DNA of 64,000 nt, taken from assembly GCF_006345805.1 (NCBI RefSeq), contig NC_043000.1, forward strand, positions 92,876,001 through 92,940,000, given 5' to 3'. The notes under the pieces were generated by a model. It saw nothing but the letters and a program-made list of their open reading frames with translations, searched no databases and was not told where the DNA came from. Of the stretch, positions 40,603 to 53,345 are shown in pieces. The position numbers and the translations under genes were made by a program. Position 1 is the stretch's first letter. Every line of letters starts with the position of its first letter. This DNA comes from Octopus sinensis. Taxonomy: Eukaryota.

Positions 40603-41401
40603 CATCATCATTATTTAAAATATAAAGGAAACTTACAGCTTGTTCAAGCTTTCAATTTTATTGCTTTCTCCCCATAAAAATTATAATAATTTGAACCCCT
40701 GAGAATTATTAACAATAGACATAATAGGATTATTTATACATATATATTTATTTATTTATTTGTTTATTTTCTAATGCAGCCTGTGAAAAATGGCATCAAG
40801 GGTTATAGGTTTCCACTGGATCAATCAATGGTTCAGTAAAGTTCTGATGGCAAGAGTAACCAGAGGGGATGGTCACTAGTGTTTTGTTTTTCTTTGCCTT
40901 TGTTCTTCAGCTTCTTTTTGTCAATGGTTATACTCTTTGCTGATGTATATCAGCGAACAATATATCCACACATCTATACACATGTATGTATATGTGTGAA
41001 TTAATACATGTATATGTACATACGCACATATGTGTGCATGTGTCTCTCACTCTCTCTCTCTCTCTTTATATATATATATATACATGTGTGTGTGTGTGAG
41101 AGAGAGAGAGTGTGTGTGTATGAGTGTGTGAGTGAGTGTGTGTATAAATCATCATCCATGATTTTGAATCCAGGTTTTGTCCCCAATAGTGGGGGTGGCT
41201 GGATCTACCTCAGTGCCATAGCAACCACTCTCACATCATGTCCTTTATACTGTATCAAACTTTCATGCATTTATTTTTAAAGTTAAGGAAGTTATTAAAA
41301 ATTGAAACCTGTCAGTTACTTTTGGGACACTGTATATAAGCTACCCAACTATCGAACATTAAGAGGATGAGGATGATGATGACGACGACTATGATGCTGA
41401 T

Positions 41402-41457
<56 letters not shown>

Positions 41458-41586
41458 CAAGAGTAAACAAGAGAGACAGAGACAGGCAGAAACAAGGAAA
41501 GTGCCACTAATATTTGAACACTATACAAATATTCTTTTAAAAACACTTTCCTTTTAATTTTTCTAAATTTAATTATTTAACTGTTA

Positions 41587-41622
41587 CAGTTGAAAAAGTC
41601 TCAATGACTGAAACCGGTACTG
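41587..41622 (+). ncRNA. minimal type I hammerhead with U3:A8 core pair
   Basis: CAG-UUGAAAA-AGUC ucaau GACU-GAA-ACCGGU-A^-CUG. All three stems are in register; it lies about 130 bp downstream of (TA)n. Confidence 0.75.
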
Positions 41623-41740
41623 AAATGTTTTTTATAAAATTATTTTAGCATTTTCTATCCTGACTTGTTTTTTCATATATATATGCATGTATATCTTTGG
41701 CACCCTTATCTATTTCTCACTTTCACATTCCATTTCCCAG

Positions 41741-41854
41741 CTGCAGCAGCCATTCAAGAATTTGGACCTGGAAATCTCCATTTCCAGCGACTTCGAGGGC
41801 CACCTCCCAGTGGTGTTGGGCATCAACGAAGAACCCTCGACTACAACAAGATGA
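41741..41854 (+). other. candidate exon (unidentified)
   Basis: Strong pyrimidine tract plus CAG at 41710-41740, then a higher-GC segment open in more than one frame (e.g. LQQPFKNLDLEISISSDFEGHLPVVLGINEEPSTTTR*). No homology recognised. Confidence 0.3.
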
Positions 41855-41941
41855 CCAAAGTTTTTTTTCCAAAGTCCAGGGGTCTCCCGCCCTTAAGCCC
41901 TAGACCATCACCTAATCACCCTTACCTGTCTTGTTGCTTAA

Positions 41942-42026
<85 letters not shown>

Positions 42027-43149
42027 TAATTCATTCATGTTTTATATCTTTATATCTTCTTTCATGCATGTTTTATTAAACAAAATTTACTCTCCTGCAC
42101 ATTCTTACACACATGTATGTAAGAATACTGTATAAAAATCAAAGAACAGTTCATTTTGCTACTTTAACCATTATTCAACGTGACACCCCCAGATCACCAT
42201 AATGTGACATACCATATAGCTACTTAGTGTTAAAGCTTTTTATCATGTCACAGCTGCTATAATGCTAACAGTTTCGCTGTAGTTGTTGCTGTTGTTATTA
42301 TTACAAGTCCAAGTGTACAGAAAGATATTAATCCTAAAATAAAAAATAAAGCAAACAAATAATCATATTAATAAATGAAATAAACAACAATATAAATAAA
42401 TAAATAAATAAATAAACAGATAAATAATAAACGACTAGAATCTTGAAAGCATTCTGTTTACGCAGAGTAATTAAAAGCAAAAATACATTCCTGAAATGTT
42501 TTAAGTTTTAAACCTTGCGGAGACATTCCTTGAATTTAAAGGGAAACATAAGAATTACAGAGTGAGAGAGAGAGAGAGAGAGAGAGACAGAGACACAGAG
42601 AAAAGGGGAGAAAAGACGGAATGTGAGAGAAAGAGAAAGAGGGAGAGAGAGAGGAGAAATGAGTGACAAGAACTTCACACTTTCTGAAAGCATATCCTTA
42701 TGAAGCATGGCAAGAAATGCTCTTAAAATATCAAGCCTATCTTGTTTAGAAGCGACCAGAAAATTTGTAAATGTTTCATTGGTGTCCGTCTTCATGTTTT
42801 GACCTCATTCATTAGAAGTAGAATGTCTTGAATACTCATTAAAGCATTCATGTATTTCATTATAGTAGCTAATCTGAGAATTCTCATAGAGATAGAGTTG
42901 TGTGTGTGTGTGTGTGTGTGTATATCAACATCATCATCATCGTTTAGTGTCCGCTTTCCATGCTAGCATGGGTTGGACGGTTCAACTGGGGTCTGGGAAG
43001 CCAGAAGGCTGCACCAAGCCCAGTCTCATCTGGCAATGTTTCTACAGCTGGATGCCCTTCATAATGCCAACCACTCCGTGAGTGTAGTGTGTGCTTTTTA
43101 CGTGCCACCAGCACAGATATTTAAATAAATAAATGCACCCAGTTTCCCA

Positions 43150-43345
43150 GTTTCAATGGCATGAGTGTTCCCCAGCTGGACAGGACACCAGTCCATCGCA
43201 GCGTTACTCGTTTTTGCCAGCTGAGTGGACTCGAGCAACATGAAATGAAGTGTTTTGCTCAAGAACACACTGCATCGCCCAGTCCAGGAATGGAAACCAC
43301 AATCTTACAATCATGATGCTGACACCCTAAGCACTAAACCATGTA
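43150..43345 (-). mobile_element. family C SINE
   Basis: Minus strand ggtacatggtttagtgcttagg..gtggtttccattcctggac..gtgttcttgagcaaaacacttca. Confidence 0.75.
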
Positions 43346-43359
43346 CCTATATACATATA

Positions 43360-43391
<32 letters not shown>

Positions 43392-43411
43392 TGTATATGT
43401 ATGTATGTATA

Positions 43412-43454
<43 letters not shown>

Positions 43455-43740
43455 TAGATAGATAGATAACGTCGTTGATTGATAGAATGATTGACTGATT
43501 CATAGGTGGGTGGTTGGTGGTTGTTGAAAAAAATTGATGAATAGAAAGATAAAAGGGATTTTCTTGCCATTTATGAAAGATCACAATTTTAACCGTGTTC
43601 AATCTCAATCATCTTCAATTCAATGTAGCCCACATATTCTCTCCCTCACCTCTTTCATCCCTCTCCCCTCCACTCCACCCCTCTTTTTCCCTCTCCTCTC
43701 TCTTTTTCTGTATACTCTCTCTCTCTCTCATGCACACATA

Positions 43741-44186
43741 TTACTCTTTTACTCTTTTACTTGTTTCAGTCAGTTGACTGTGGCCATGCTGGAGCACTGC
43801 CTTTAGTGAAGGAAATCGACCCCAGGATTTATTCATTGTAAGTCTGGTACTTATTTTATCGGTGTCTTTTGCCAAACTGTGAAGTTACAGGGACATAAAC
43901 ACACCAGCATAAGTTGTCAAGCGATGTTGGAGGGACAAACACAAACACACAAATGTATACACAGACACACACACATATATATGTATATAAATATAAATAT
44001 ATATAGATAGATAGATATATACATATATACGATGGGCTTCTTTCAGTTTCCGTCTACCAAATCTACTCACAAGGCTTTGGTCAGCCCAAAGCAACAGTAG
44101 AAGACACTTGCCCAAGGTGTCACACAGTGGGACTGAACCCAGAACCATGTGGTTGGTAAGCAAGCTGCTTACCACGCAGCCACTCC
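43741..44186 (-). mobile_element. family B SINE, full length
   Basis: Homologous to 39789-40196. Confidence 0.9.
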
Positions 44187-44495
44187 TACACCTATTAGAA
44201 AATTATCACAAAACTAATTATTGATATTTGAAATTTCCAATGCATTTAATATGCATGTTTCAAGTAGCTACATAACAAATTGTTACCTAAGTATCAATCT
44301 TGTCAGTCAGTCACAAATGAAATACATTAATAGAATCAGGTTTGCCTCTATAATATAACAGTATAGGAAAAAAAAGTAAAGTCATGTTTTCATTTTATCA
44401 GGTAAGTTTCCTTTTGCCTTCCAAAGAAGAATGCAAACCATTGATAAAATGCATTCCAGTCATGACCATCACGTCTTGCCTATCTAAATTATGAC

Positions 44496-44973
44496 ACAGT
44501 TCTATATTTAAGAGATGAGGAATTATGTACATTATTTACATTATTTACAATTGATGGATATTTGTCCTCATCTTGTTTGTTGTTAACACGTTTCGGCTGA
44601 TATACCCTCCAGCCTTCATCAGGTGTCTTGGGGAAATTTCGAACCTGGGTTCTCATTCCTAAGGTATTTTTCGATGTTGTTGTTGTTATTGTTGTTATTA
44701 TAATTATTATAATTATTATTATTATTATTATTATTCTACTAACCTCAAGATTCTGAGTTCGATTCCAAGCAGTGACCTGAACAACAACAACAACAATGAC
44801 GACGACAGTGACAACAACAACAACAACAACATCGAAAAATACCTTAGGAATGAGAACCCAGGTTCGAAATTTCCCCAAGACACCTGATGAAGGCTGGAGG
44901 GTATATCAGCTGAAACATGTTAACAACAAACAAGATGAGGACAAATATCCATCAAATGTAAATAATGTAAATA
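44496..44973. mobile_element. fold-back Penelope-type non-coding insertion with two hammerhead-like motifs and 14-bp TSD
   Basis: atctaaattatgac at 44482-44495 and 44974-44987. Inverted arms at about 44532-44685 and 44820-44973. CUGAUGA-a-GGCUG..CAGC(C/U)-GAAAC at 44583-44627 (-) and 44879-44921 (+). Confidence 0.85.
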
Positions 44974-46144
44974 ATCTAAATTATGACGTCCATTGTGTTT
45001 ATGTTTTTCAATGATTAAAGAGTAAATTTCCGTAGTATATAGCTGTCATTTCTAACATATCAAGTGTCTTTATATAGACTCCCATATTGACTCAAATTTC
45101 TATAAATTCTTATCAGATATGTGTGCAAAGTAAAAATAATGTTTCTCTTTTCAACAAATGTATTACAATAAATATCCTTTCATTACTGGTATCAATGAGT
45201 GTCTCAATAATCAATTCCTCTTGATCTATTGTCAATTATCAATTATTATCCCTCTGTTATTGGAATCACATGAAAATTGATTAATAAAGAGTGATGACCA
45301 TCTTCAGTCAATCCAGATTGTATCAAACGTTTTAAGTGAACTCACCGCCATCATCACCACCACCACCACCACCACCACCACCACCACCACTGCCATCACT
45401 GTTACTAATATTTTTTGGATTTTATGCAGTGAGAATTATTTTTTCCAGTTGCTACAAGTTTCTTTCATTTAGAATGGATATTTGAATAACCAACTCAAAG
45501 AATGGCAACATTTTTTTTTCTTCGATTTGGACTCACTTTTATTGAATCGATGAATACAACCTCTACTTTGTTGCTTTATTTTTCTTTTTTTAAAAGGAAT
45601 TTTTTTTTTCCTTTTCTCCCCAAATTCACAAATTCTGCCATCAGTCCATCAATACTGTTCACTCGATGGCTTCTTTTTATAAAACAATAACTATCTTTAT
45701 CAATTTCAAAAAAAAAAAAAAAATTACATTAATGTTTTCATCTCTAAGACTTGTGTACTGCTGAAGTCTTGGAGGCAAATAATTCTTCCTTATACATCGG
45801 CACTTCCAAATCTCTAATGAAGCAAGTTCATTTAGTTCACTGTGTGTTATCCAGTGCAATTATGTAAAATTATTAATGAAATCATCATCTATTTACAAGT
45901 TGAAGACTCATAAGTTATACAAATCCTAACAGATATTACCATTATTGGTGCTAGCAAAAGTGGATTTAGAAGTTAAGCAATGAATAATCTTGTACTTCAA
46001 GTTAAATGGCATGAAGTATAGAGCACTGTAGGGTACCAAACAATTCATTTTCATTACTTTCTGAAATTTTTCTTGGCGAAATGCACATGATAGTAATACC
46101 AATGACTGTCAGGATTAGTTCATTCACTTGGAATTGTTACCAAT

Positions 46145-46563
46145 TTACTCTTTTACTCTTTTACTTGTTTCAGTCATTTGACTGTGGCCATGCTGGAGCA
46201 CCACCTTTTATTCGAGCAAATCGACGCCAGGACTTATTATTTGTCAGCCTAGTACTTATTCTATTGGTCTCTTTTGCCGAACTGCCAAGTTACGGGGATG
46301 TAAACACACCAGCATCGGTTGTCAAGCGATGTTGGGGGCGGGCAGAAACAAACACAGACACACAAACATACACACAAATACATATACATATATATATACA
46401 TATATACGACAGGCTTCTTTCAGTTTCCGTCTACCAAATCCACTCACAAGGCTTTGGTCGGCCCGAGGCTATAGTAGAAGACACTTGCCCAGGGTGCCAC
46501 GCAGTGGGACTGAACCCGGAACCATGTGGTTGGTAAGCAAGCTACTTGCCACACAGTCACTCC
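46145..46563 (-). mobile_element. family B SINE, full length
   Basis: Homologous to the other family B copies. Confidence 0.9.
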
Positions 46564-46799
46564 TACGCCTAATTTAACAAACAAACAAAAAAAATTAAAA
46601 GACGTCTCCTTCTTCCTTGTATTCAATACTTAGTGCAGGTTACTGCTCAAATATTGCTACATCTGAGCGGGTAACCTGTAATTTTCCTAATTTCTGTTAT
46701 GGAAGTTCAGATAAATCTAAGAAGATGTTGTCCTCTCTGTGATTATAACACATCTGTCTTATGTGGAAGTTATTCCTTAGTAAATATTAGGTTAAGCAG

Positions 46800-47130
46800 T
46801 GGAGGTGTGTGGCTTAGTGGTTAGAGTATTGGGCTCATGATTGTAAGATTGTGGTTTCGATTCCAAGACCAGGCGATGTGTTGTGTTCCTAAGCAATACA
46901 CTTCATTCCATGCTGCTCCAGTTCACTCAGCTGTAGAAATGAGTACCACTAGTGGAGGCACGTCACTGAAATGAGTACCACTAGTGGAGGCACGTCACTT
47001 AGTGGTTAGGCTGTTGGATTCATGACCGTAAGATTCTGGTTTCAATACCTGGATCAGACGACGCATTGTGTTCTTGAGCAAAACACTTCATTTTACGTTG
47101 CTCCAGTCCACTCAGCTGTAGAAATGAGAG
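46800..47130 (+). mobile_element. two tandem family C SINE heads with a 32-bp junction duplication
   Basis: tggcttagtggttag A-box and ggtttcgattcc B-box. gaaatgagtaccactagtggaggcacgtcact occurs at 46936 and 46968. Confidence 0.85.
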
Positions 47131-48508
47131 GGATGGGCTCTGCCAGGCTTTCTCACCCTAAATATACTGCATGGTTGCAGTGCCCCAATGACCCCTAAGG
47201 GGTTAAGGGACTCCTCATTGTCATGTAAGGCAGTGAGCTGGCAGAATCATTGCTACTCTGCCTAAGCTGACTTTGCCTTTCATCCTTTTGGGGTCGTAAA
47301 ATAAGTACCAGTTGAGCACTGGAGTTGATGTAATCAGCTTACCCTTGAAACCAATAAATATAATATAAAATTTATAAGTTCTTCATAACATAGGAACAGG
47401 CACAGCTGTATGGAAGCAGAGACCACTTTGTAACCATGTGTTTTGGACAATTAAAACATAAAGGATAAAAGATATGTATATCCTGACTCACATCAAGCAT
47501 AATAGAGCAGAATCTATGATCAAAGGCAATCCAGTTATGGCTATCCTGTTTTTGCGCCTATCAGGGATGACTATATTGTTGAGAATGATTTGGTTGTTAT
47601 TTCTAGCAGATTGTGTGACTCCCTCTATAGAAATACCCTCACTGGATCCTGGAAATGTATTACAGATATGCTGGTGAATTAGTACACATTTACACATTCA
47701 TGCAAGACTGCACACATACACAAACACAAACACACATACACACATAAACACACACATACACAAACATACACACACACAAACACATGCACACTCATACACA
47801 CACATGTACACAAATATTTTGATTTACATGCACGAAGACCCCTGTTTATACACACAGTAACTGATATACATTCCGAAATATATATACTCATTAGCACCTT
47901 CACAGACTATCAAATACAGCAATGCACTAACATACATTCTTTCATAAATACTCAAAATTATATGCATATATCTTACCTTATATGCACCCACATATATATA
48001 TACAATCTCTAAATACCTTTACACTCACAAATATACACACACATACACATACCTTTACACTCACAAATATACATACCTTTAAACACACATATCTTTACAC
48101 TCACAAATATACATACATATTCACACACATACACATTCACACACATACACACATATACGTATGCACAGCGATCCCTAAATATTTTTAAATACACAAAAAT
48201 ACATGCACACTCTCACACATACACACTCACACACACACTCACACACATATATATAACTCAGATACCTTTACACAGGCAAATATACACACACATCTGCAAC
48301 AGAATTCCTAAATATCATTATACACAAATACACACACACATATATATATACTCACACATATATGCATACACATGTGTATACACACATGCATTGCATATGA
48401 TTATGCACAAATATACATACATACAAACAAGCATACATACACACACACATATTCATATACATACACACATACATATATACATATATACACATATATATAG
48501 ATATAAAT

Positions 48509-48539
<31 letters not shown>

Positions 48540-48687
48540 CAAAGAGCAATAAAGATTCAAGTTAATTTAAAAAATTTACTTGAATATGGTACCTAACTTA
48601 GATGCACCAAAAAAAACTATACTGATTTAACAATACAGTAATGTGGGGTGATTATAAGCGAGAAAGAAGCAACAAGAATGGATAGGT

Positions 48688-48778
48688 TTTTAGTACGATC
48701 GTTTCATACAAGGACAGGTTTTATTAAAAGTTGCAAAGATTACAGCATATAAACGAGTCCCGTACTCATCAGCTAAAA
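48688..48778 (-). ncRNA. type I hammerhead ribozyme (left arm)
   Basis: Reverse complement of 49533-49622 with an intact core. Confidence 0.9.
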
Positions 48779-49532
48779 TACATGTAAGTTCTCTAGACAT
48801 CCTAGTGTTTGAGGCTATACTCATGAAGTAATGTAGATAATTAAACAGATTTCTAAAGTTCATTAAAGTTCTTTAAAGATGATGTACAGTCTTATCACAG
48901 AATTTTAAAAAAGTTTTGATAGCATCACAGAGAAGGTGACCTAATCCATATGAATTTCCATAGATATGATGAGGGATTATATACTCACAGAAGACAAATT
49001 TATCCATTGTTAATTACAACGAGGTGGGTCTCAATTCCTGCTTATTAGCATTACAGAGAGGGTGAATTAATCCTTTGTATATATGCACAGATTCCAATGG
49101 TGTAGATGTAAATTTCCAGAGAAATGGAGATGAATTTCATATTCACAGGCGATAAATTTATCGCCTGTGAATATGAAATTCATCTCCATTTCTCTGGAAA
49201 TTTACATCTACACCATTGGAATCTGTGCATATATACAAAGGATTAATTCACCCTCTCTGTAATGCTAATAAGCAGGAATTGAGACCCCCTCGTTGTAATT
49301 AACAATGGATAAATTTGTCTTCTGTGAGTATATAATCCCTCATCATATCTATGGAAATTCATATGGATTAGGTCACCTTCTCTGTGATGCTATCAAAACT
49401 TTTTTAAAATTCTGTGATAAGACTGTACATCATCTTTAAAGAACTTTAATGAACTTTAGAAATCTGTTTAATTATCTACATTACTTCATGAGTATAGCCT
49501 CAACACTAGGATGTCTAGAGAACTTACATGTA

Positions 49533-49622
49533 TTTTAGCTGATGAGTACGGGACTCGTTTATATGCTGTAATCTTTGCAACTTTTAATAAACCTGTCCTT
49601 GTATGAAACGATCGTACTAAAA
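49533..49622 (+). ncRNA. type I hammerhead ribozyme (right arm)
   Basis: UUUUAG-CUGAUGA-GUACGGGAC..GUCCuUGUAU-GAA-ACGAUCGU-A^-CUAAAA. Predicted cleavage after 49616. Confidence 0.9.
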
Positions 49623-49653
49623 ACCTATCCATTCTTGTTGCTTCTTTCTCGCG

Positions 49654-49693
<40 letters not shown>

Positions 49694-49895
49694 CACACAC
49701 ATACATACACTATCACCAATAGGAATATCACAGTTATGATGGCAATGGTGTTGGTGAACTTGGAGGTCGTATGACTTGCCTGCTAGAAATAGTAGCCAAA
49801 TGTTTCTCAATTCATATCTTACAGTCTTTATGAAAAAAATGGGAATGGAAAATAGCACCTATACAGTCTGAAATCAAAGACAAGATGGTCAGTGC

Positions 49896-50455
49896 TGGTG
49901 GTGGTGTCGGTGATGGTAGTGGTGGTAGAAGTTGTGGTAGTGGTGTGTGTGTGAGTGAGGGGTAATGGTGATGGTAATGGTTGTGGTGTTGGCATTGATG
50001 GTGGTAGTGGTTGTGGTAGTGGTGTGGGAGTAATAGTGGTGGTCTTGGTGTGGGGGTAATGGTGGTGATGGTGGTGGTAGTGGTATCGTGGTAATGGTTG
50101 TGGTGTTGGTGTTTGTGGTGGTAGTTGTGGTAGTAATTGTGGTAGTGGTGTGTGTGGAGTGTAATGGTGGTGGTGGTGTCGGTGATGGTAGTGGTGGTAG
50201 AAGTTGTGGTAGTGGTGTGTGTGTGAGTGAGGGGTAATGGTGATGGTAATGGTTGTGGTGTTGGCATTGATGGTGGTAGTGGTTGTGGTAGTGGTGTGGG
50301 AGTAATAGTGGTGGTCTTGGTGTGGGGGTAATGGTGGTGATGGTGGTGGTAGTGGTATCGTGGTAATGGTTGTGGTGTTGGTGTTTGTGGTGGTAGTTGT
50401 GGTAGTAATTGTGGTAGTGGTGTGTGTGGAGTGTAATGGTGGTGGTGGTGTCGGT
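49896..50455. repeat. G/T-rich tandem repeat, 272-bp unit, two copies plus a partial copy
   Basis: The landmark ggtgtcggtg recurs with its C at 49908, 50180 and 50452. Confidence 0.9.
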
Positions 50456-50664
50456 GGTGTTGGTGGTAGTAGTGTGTGTGGAGTGTAATGCTGGTGGCAG
50501 GGGTCTTGGTGGTGGTGATGGTGGTAGTAATGGTGGGGGTGATAATGGTAGTGGTAGTGATGATGGTGGCGATGGGGTAACACTGCTATCTACTTGCTAC
50601 TGCCAACATTCCTCATACCACCTCCACAACAACTGCCTCTACTATCACTAAGTATACAGATTCC

Positions 50665-50874
50665 AAATTTTGACACAAGGCCAGCGATTTCAGTGGGGAG
50701 AGGCTAAGTCAGATAAATCAACCCCAGTGCTTAACTGGTACTTATTTTATCAACCCTGAAAGGATGAATGGCAAAGTCGACCTTGGCAGCATTTGAACTC
50801 AGAACCTAAAGACGGACAAAATGTTGCTAAGCATTTTAACCCATGTGCTAATGATTCTGGCATCTCACTGCCTT
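50665..50874 (-). mobile_element. family A SINE
   Basis: Homologous to 57815-58049. Confidence 0.85.
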
Positions 50875-51562
50875 ATCAAAAAAGAAGCCATCAGGCAGCT
50901 ACAGAGAATCGAACCTTGTACCCCTCAAATACCGGTTAAGCAGGAATGTGGAGTGGGGTTCCCCTGACATCCATCACTAAATCTACTATAATGATACTCT
51001 TGTGTTTTTCTAGGTCTCAACATATGAATGAGAAAGGAAGGGGTGATAGATGAATAAGGAAGGAAGGGGTGATGCAAACTGGTAGTGGGAGTGTTTCAAC
51101 TCTGTATGTAAAAGGGAGGTATGTGAACATTTGTGTGTGTGTGTGTGTGTGTATGCAATGGAAGTGAGATGGTGAACATTCAATGCTGAAAAGAAAAGTC
51201 AAACAGCACTTCAACTCTGTGTGAGTATGTGTGTGTGTGTGTGTGTACAAGAGAAGTATGTGAATGTTTGTATGTATGAACCAGCGTTCTTTCAGTAACA
51301 AATGATGATCGATGTCACATCTCAAAAGACAACCACTAGACAACATTGACATATCTATTAATTTGATTTACCATCCATATTCATGTATAAAATACTACAA
51401 TTAGCTGTCATTTTTAACGGCACTGGGCCAGATGGTATATTAATAATTGTGCTTGGCTCTGGAACAGAGGTTCCCAACCTGTGGTCCATGGACATCTGGT
51501 GGTCTGCAAAAGTAGTACTGGAGGTCCGTGAACTAAATTCAAAATTTCATATATATATATAT

Positions 51563-51923
51563 ACAAATGAGCAAAACGCCCCCTGTCCAATGGACGGTGC
51601 TGAGTTGTCAAACATTTAAACCAAATTTTCTCAAAACAACTTGTCCAACCATCCCATAGGCCTCCCCTTTGAGAAATACTGATTTAATCTAAATTTCAGA
51701 CACGGCAAAAGAAGAAATAAAGATAAACCATTTTTCTATTCCAAAGAATGCTTATCGATCACATTCTCACCTGGAATTGATTTTTGTAATTTTTTCAAGA
51801 CTTATACACGCCCTGATACCGTCGGTATCTACATATCAAATTTGAGTGCAATTGGATGGAGGATGCCCAAGATCCTAGAAGACACTCACACAGACAGACA
51901 GAATGGATTTTATAATATAATAG
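51563..51923 (+). mobile_element. possible non-autonomous Helitron-like element
   Basis: Ends ..caaatttgagtgcaattgg..(CAGA)n..ttttataatataatag, resembling Lep1-type Helitron derivatives. Recognised by resemblance only. Confidence 0.4.
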
Positions 51924-51944
51924 TTTTTTTTTTTTTTTTTTTTT

Positions 51945-52310
51945 TACTTGTTTCAGTCATTGACTGCGGCCATGCTGGAGCACCGCCTTTAATCGAGCAA
52001 CTCGACCCCGGACTTATTCTTTGTAAGCCCAGTACTTATTCTATCGGTCCTCTTTTCCGAACCGCTAATTGACGGGAACGTAATACACCAGCATCGCTTG
52101 TCAAGCAATGCTAGGGGGCAAACCAGACACACACACACACACACATACATATATATACATATATACGACAGGCTTCTTTCAGTTTCAGTCTACCAAATCC
52201 ACTCACAAGGCATTGGTCGGCCCGGGGCTATAGCAGAAGACACTTGCCCAGTGGGACTGAACCCGGAACCATGTGGCTGGTTAGCAAGCTACTTACCACA
52301 CAGCCACTCC
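51945..52310 (-). mobile_element. family B SINE
   Basis: Homologous to the other family B copies; nested in the hAT element. Confidence 0.9.
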
Positions 52311-52314
52311 TGCT

Positions 52315-52356
<42 letters not shown>

Positions 52357-52939
52357 AGGATAAGCATATTAAAAGGGGTCCATGGGAAAATGCATTTAAA
52401 TAAAAGGGGTCCTTGATAGTGAAAAGGTTGGGAACCACTGTACTGGAACAGTCATCATCATCACCACCACTACCATAACTACCACCACTACAAACCACAT
52501 CACCACTGCTGTCATCACCTATATCACCACAGCTGTCAACACCTATACCAGTACTTCTAACACTGTTAGCAAGAGACCCTCAGTATGGTTGTTTGAAATG
52601 TAAGAAATAGCAGCCAAATTTATCTCAAATTATGCACCAACATCCTTAATCTTTTAGCATTCTGATTATTGTGTTGAATAGGCGCTCGCTTCCCAACCAC
52701 ATGGTTCTTGGTTCAGTCACACTGCAGGGCACCTTGGACAAGTGAATTCTTATATAACCTAAGACTGACCAAAGCCTTGTGAGTGAATTTGGTAAACAGA
52801 AACTCAATGCTAGAACTGATGTGTATATACATGGACTGAGTACTTGCTTCTCTGGAATTGGTCAAATGTTGTATACATCTCTGATGAGATACCAGTAAGG
52901 GTCAAAAACCAATGAAGGCCTCTTTCTCTCATTTTTTCT

Positions 52940-53110
52940 TTTTATACTAGTTTCAGTGATTTGACTGCAGCCATGCTGGAGCACCGCCTTTTGTTGAGCA
53001 AATCAACCCCACGACTTATTCTTTGTAAGCCTAGTACTTATTCTATCGGTCTCTTTTGCCGAACTGCTAAGTTACAGGGACGTAAACACACCAGCATCGG
53101 TTGTCAAGCG

Positions 53111-53141
<31 letters not shown>

Positions 53142-53300
53142 TACGACGGGCTTCTTTCAGTTTGTATCTACCAAATCCACTCACAAGGCTTTGGCTGGCC
53201 CGAGGCTCTACTAGAAGACACTTGCCTAAGGTGCCACGCAGTGGGACTGAACCCAGAACCATGTGGTTGGTAAGCAAGCTACTTACCACACAGCCACTCT
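52940..53300 (-). mobile_element. family B SINE
   Basis: Homologous to the other family B copies. Confidence 0.9.
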
Positions 53301-53311
53301 TGAGCCTGTTC

Positions 53312-53345
<34 letters not shown>

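Larger units (their letters stand above)
48658..49652. repeat. ~995-bp spacerless palindrome (fold-back insertion between (TA)n tracts)
   Basis: Centre gcgataaa|tttatcgc at 49156/49157. The arms differ only by three single-base indels as far as I could see. Confidence 0.95.
51465..52440. mobile_element. hAT-type non-autonomous element with nested insertions
   Basis: TIRs cagaggttcccaacct / aggttgggaaccactg. 8-bp flanks ctctggaa / tactggaa (6 of 8 identical). Confidence 0.8.

Noticed and set aside
42508-42795. ORF MKTDTNETFTNFLVASKQDRLDILRAFLAML
   Set aside because: Protein-like but runs into (GA)n, has an in-frame stop just upstream, and shows no recognised homology or strong splice sites.
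46800-46875. tRNA gene
   Set aside because: A- and B-boxes are present but there is no cloverleaf. It continues into a repeated SINE body.
49812-50583. Mucin-like or His/Thr/Pro-rich ORFs
   Set aside because: They derive from degenerate (GGT)n with a 272-bp period that shifts frame. No splice or signal evidence was seen.
52876-52912. ctgatga-gatacc..ggtc-aaaaac hammerhead-like string
   Set aside because: GAAA is absent and stems I/III are not evident. At best a decayed relic.
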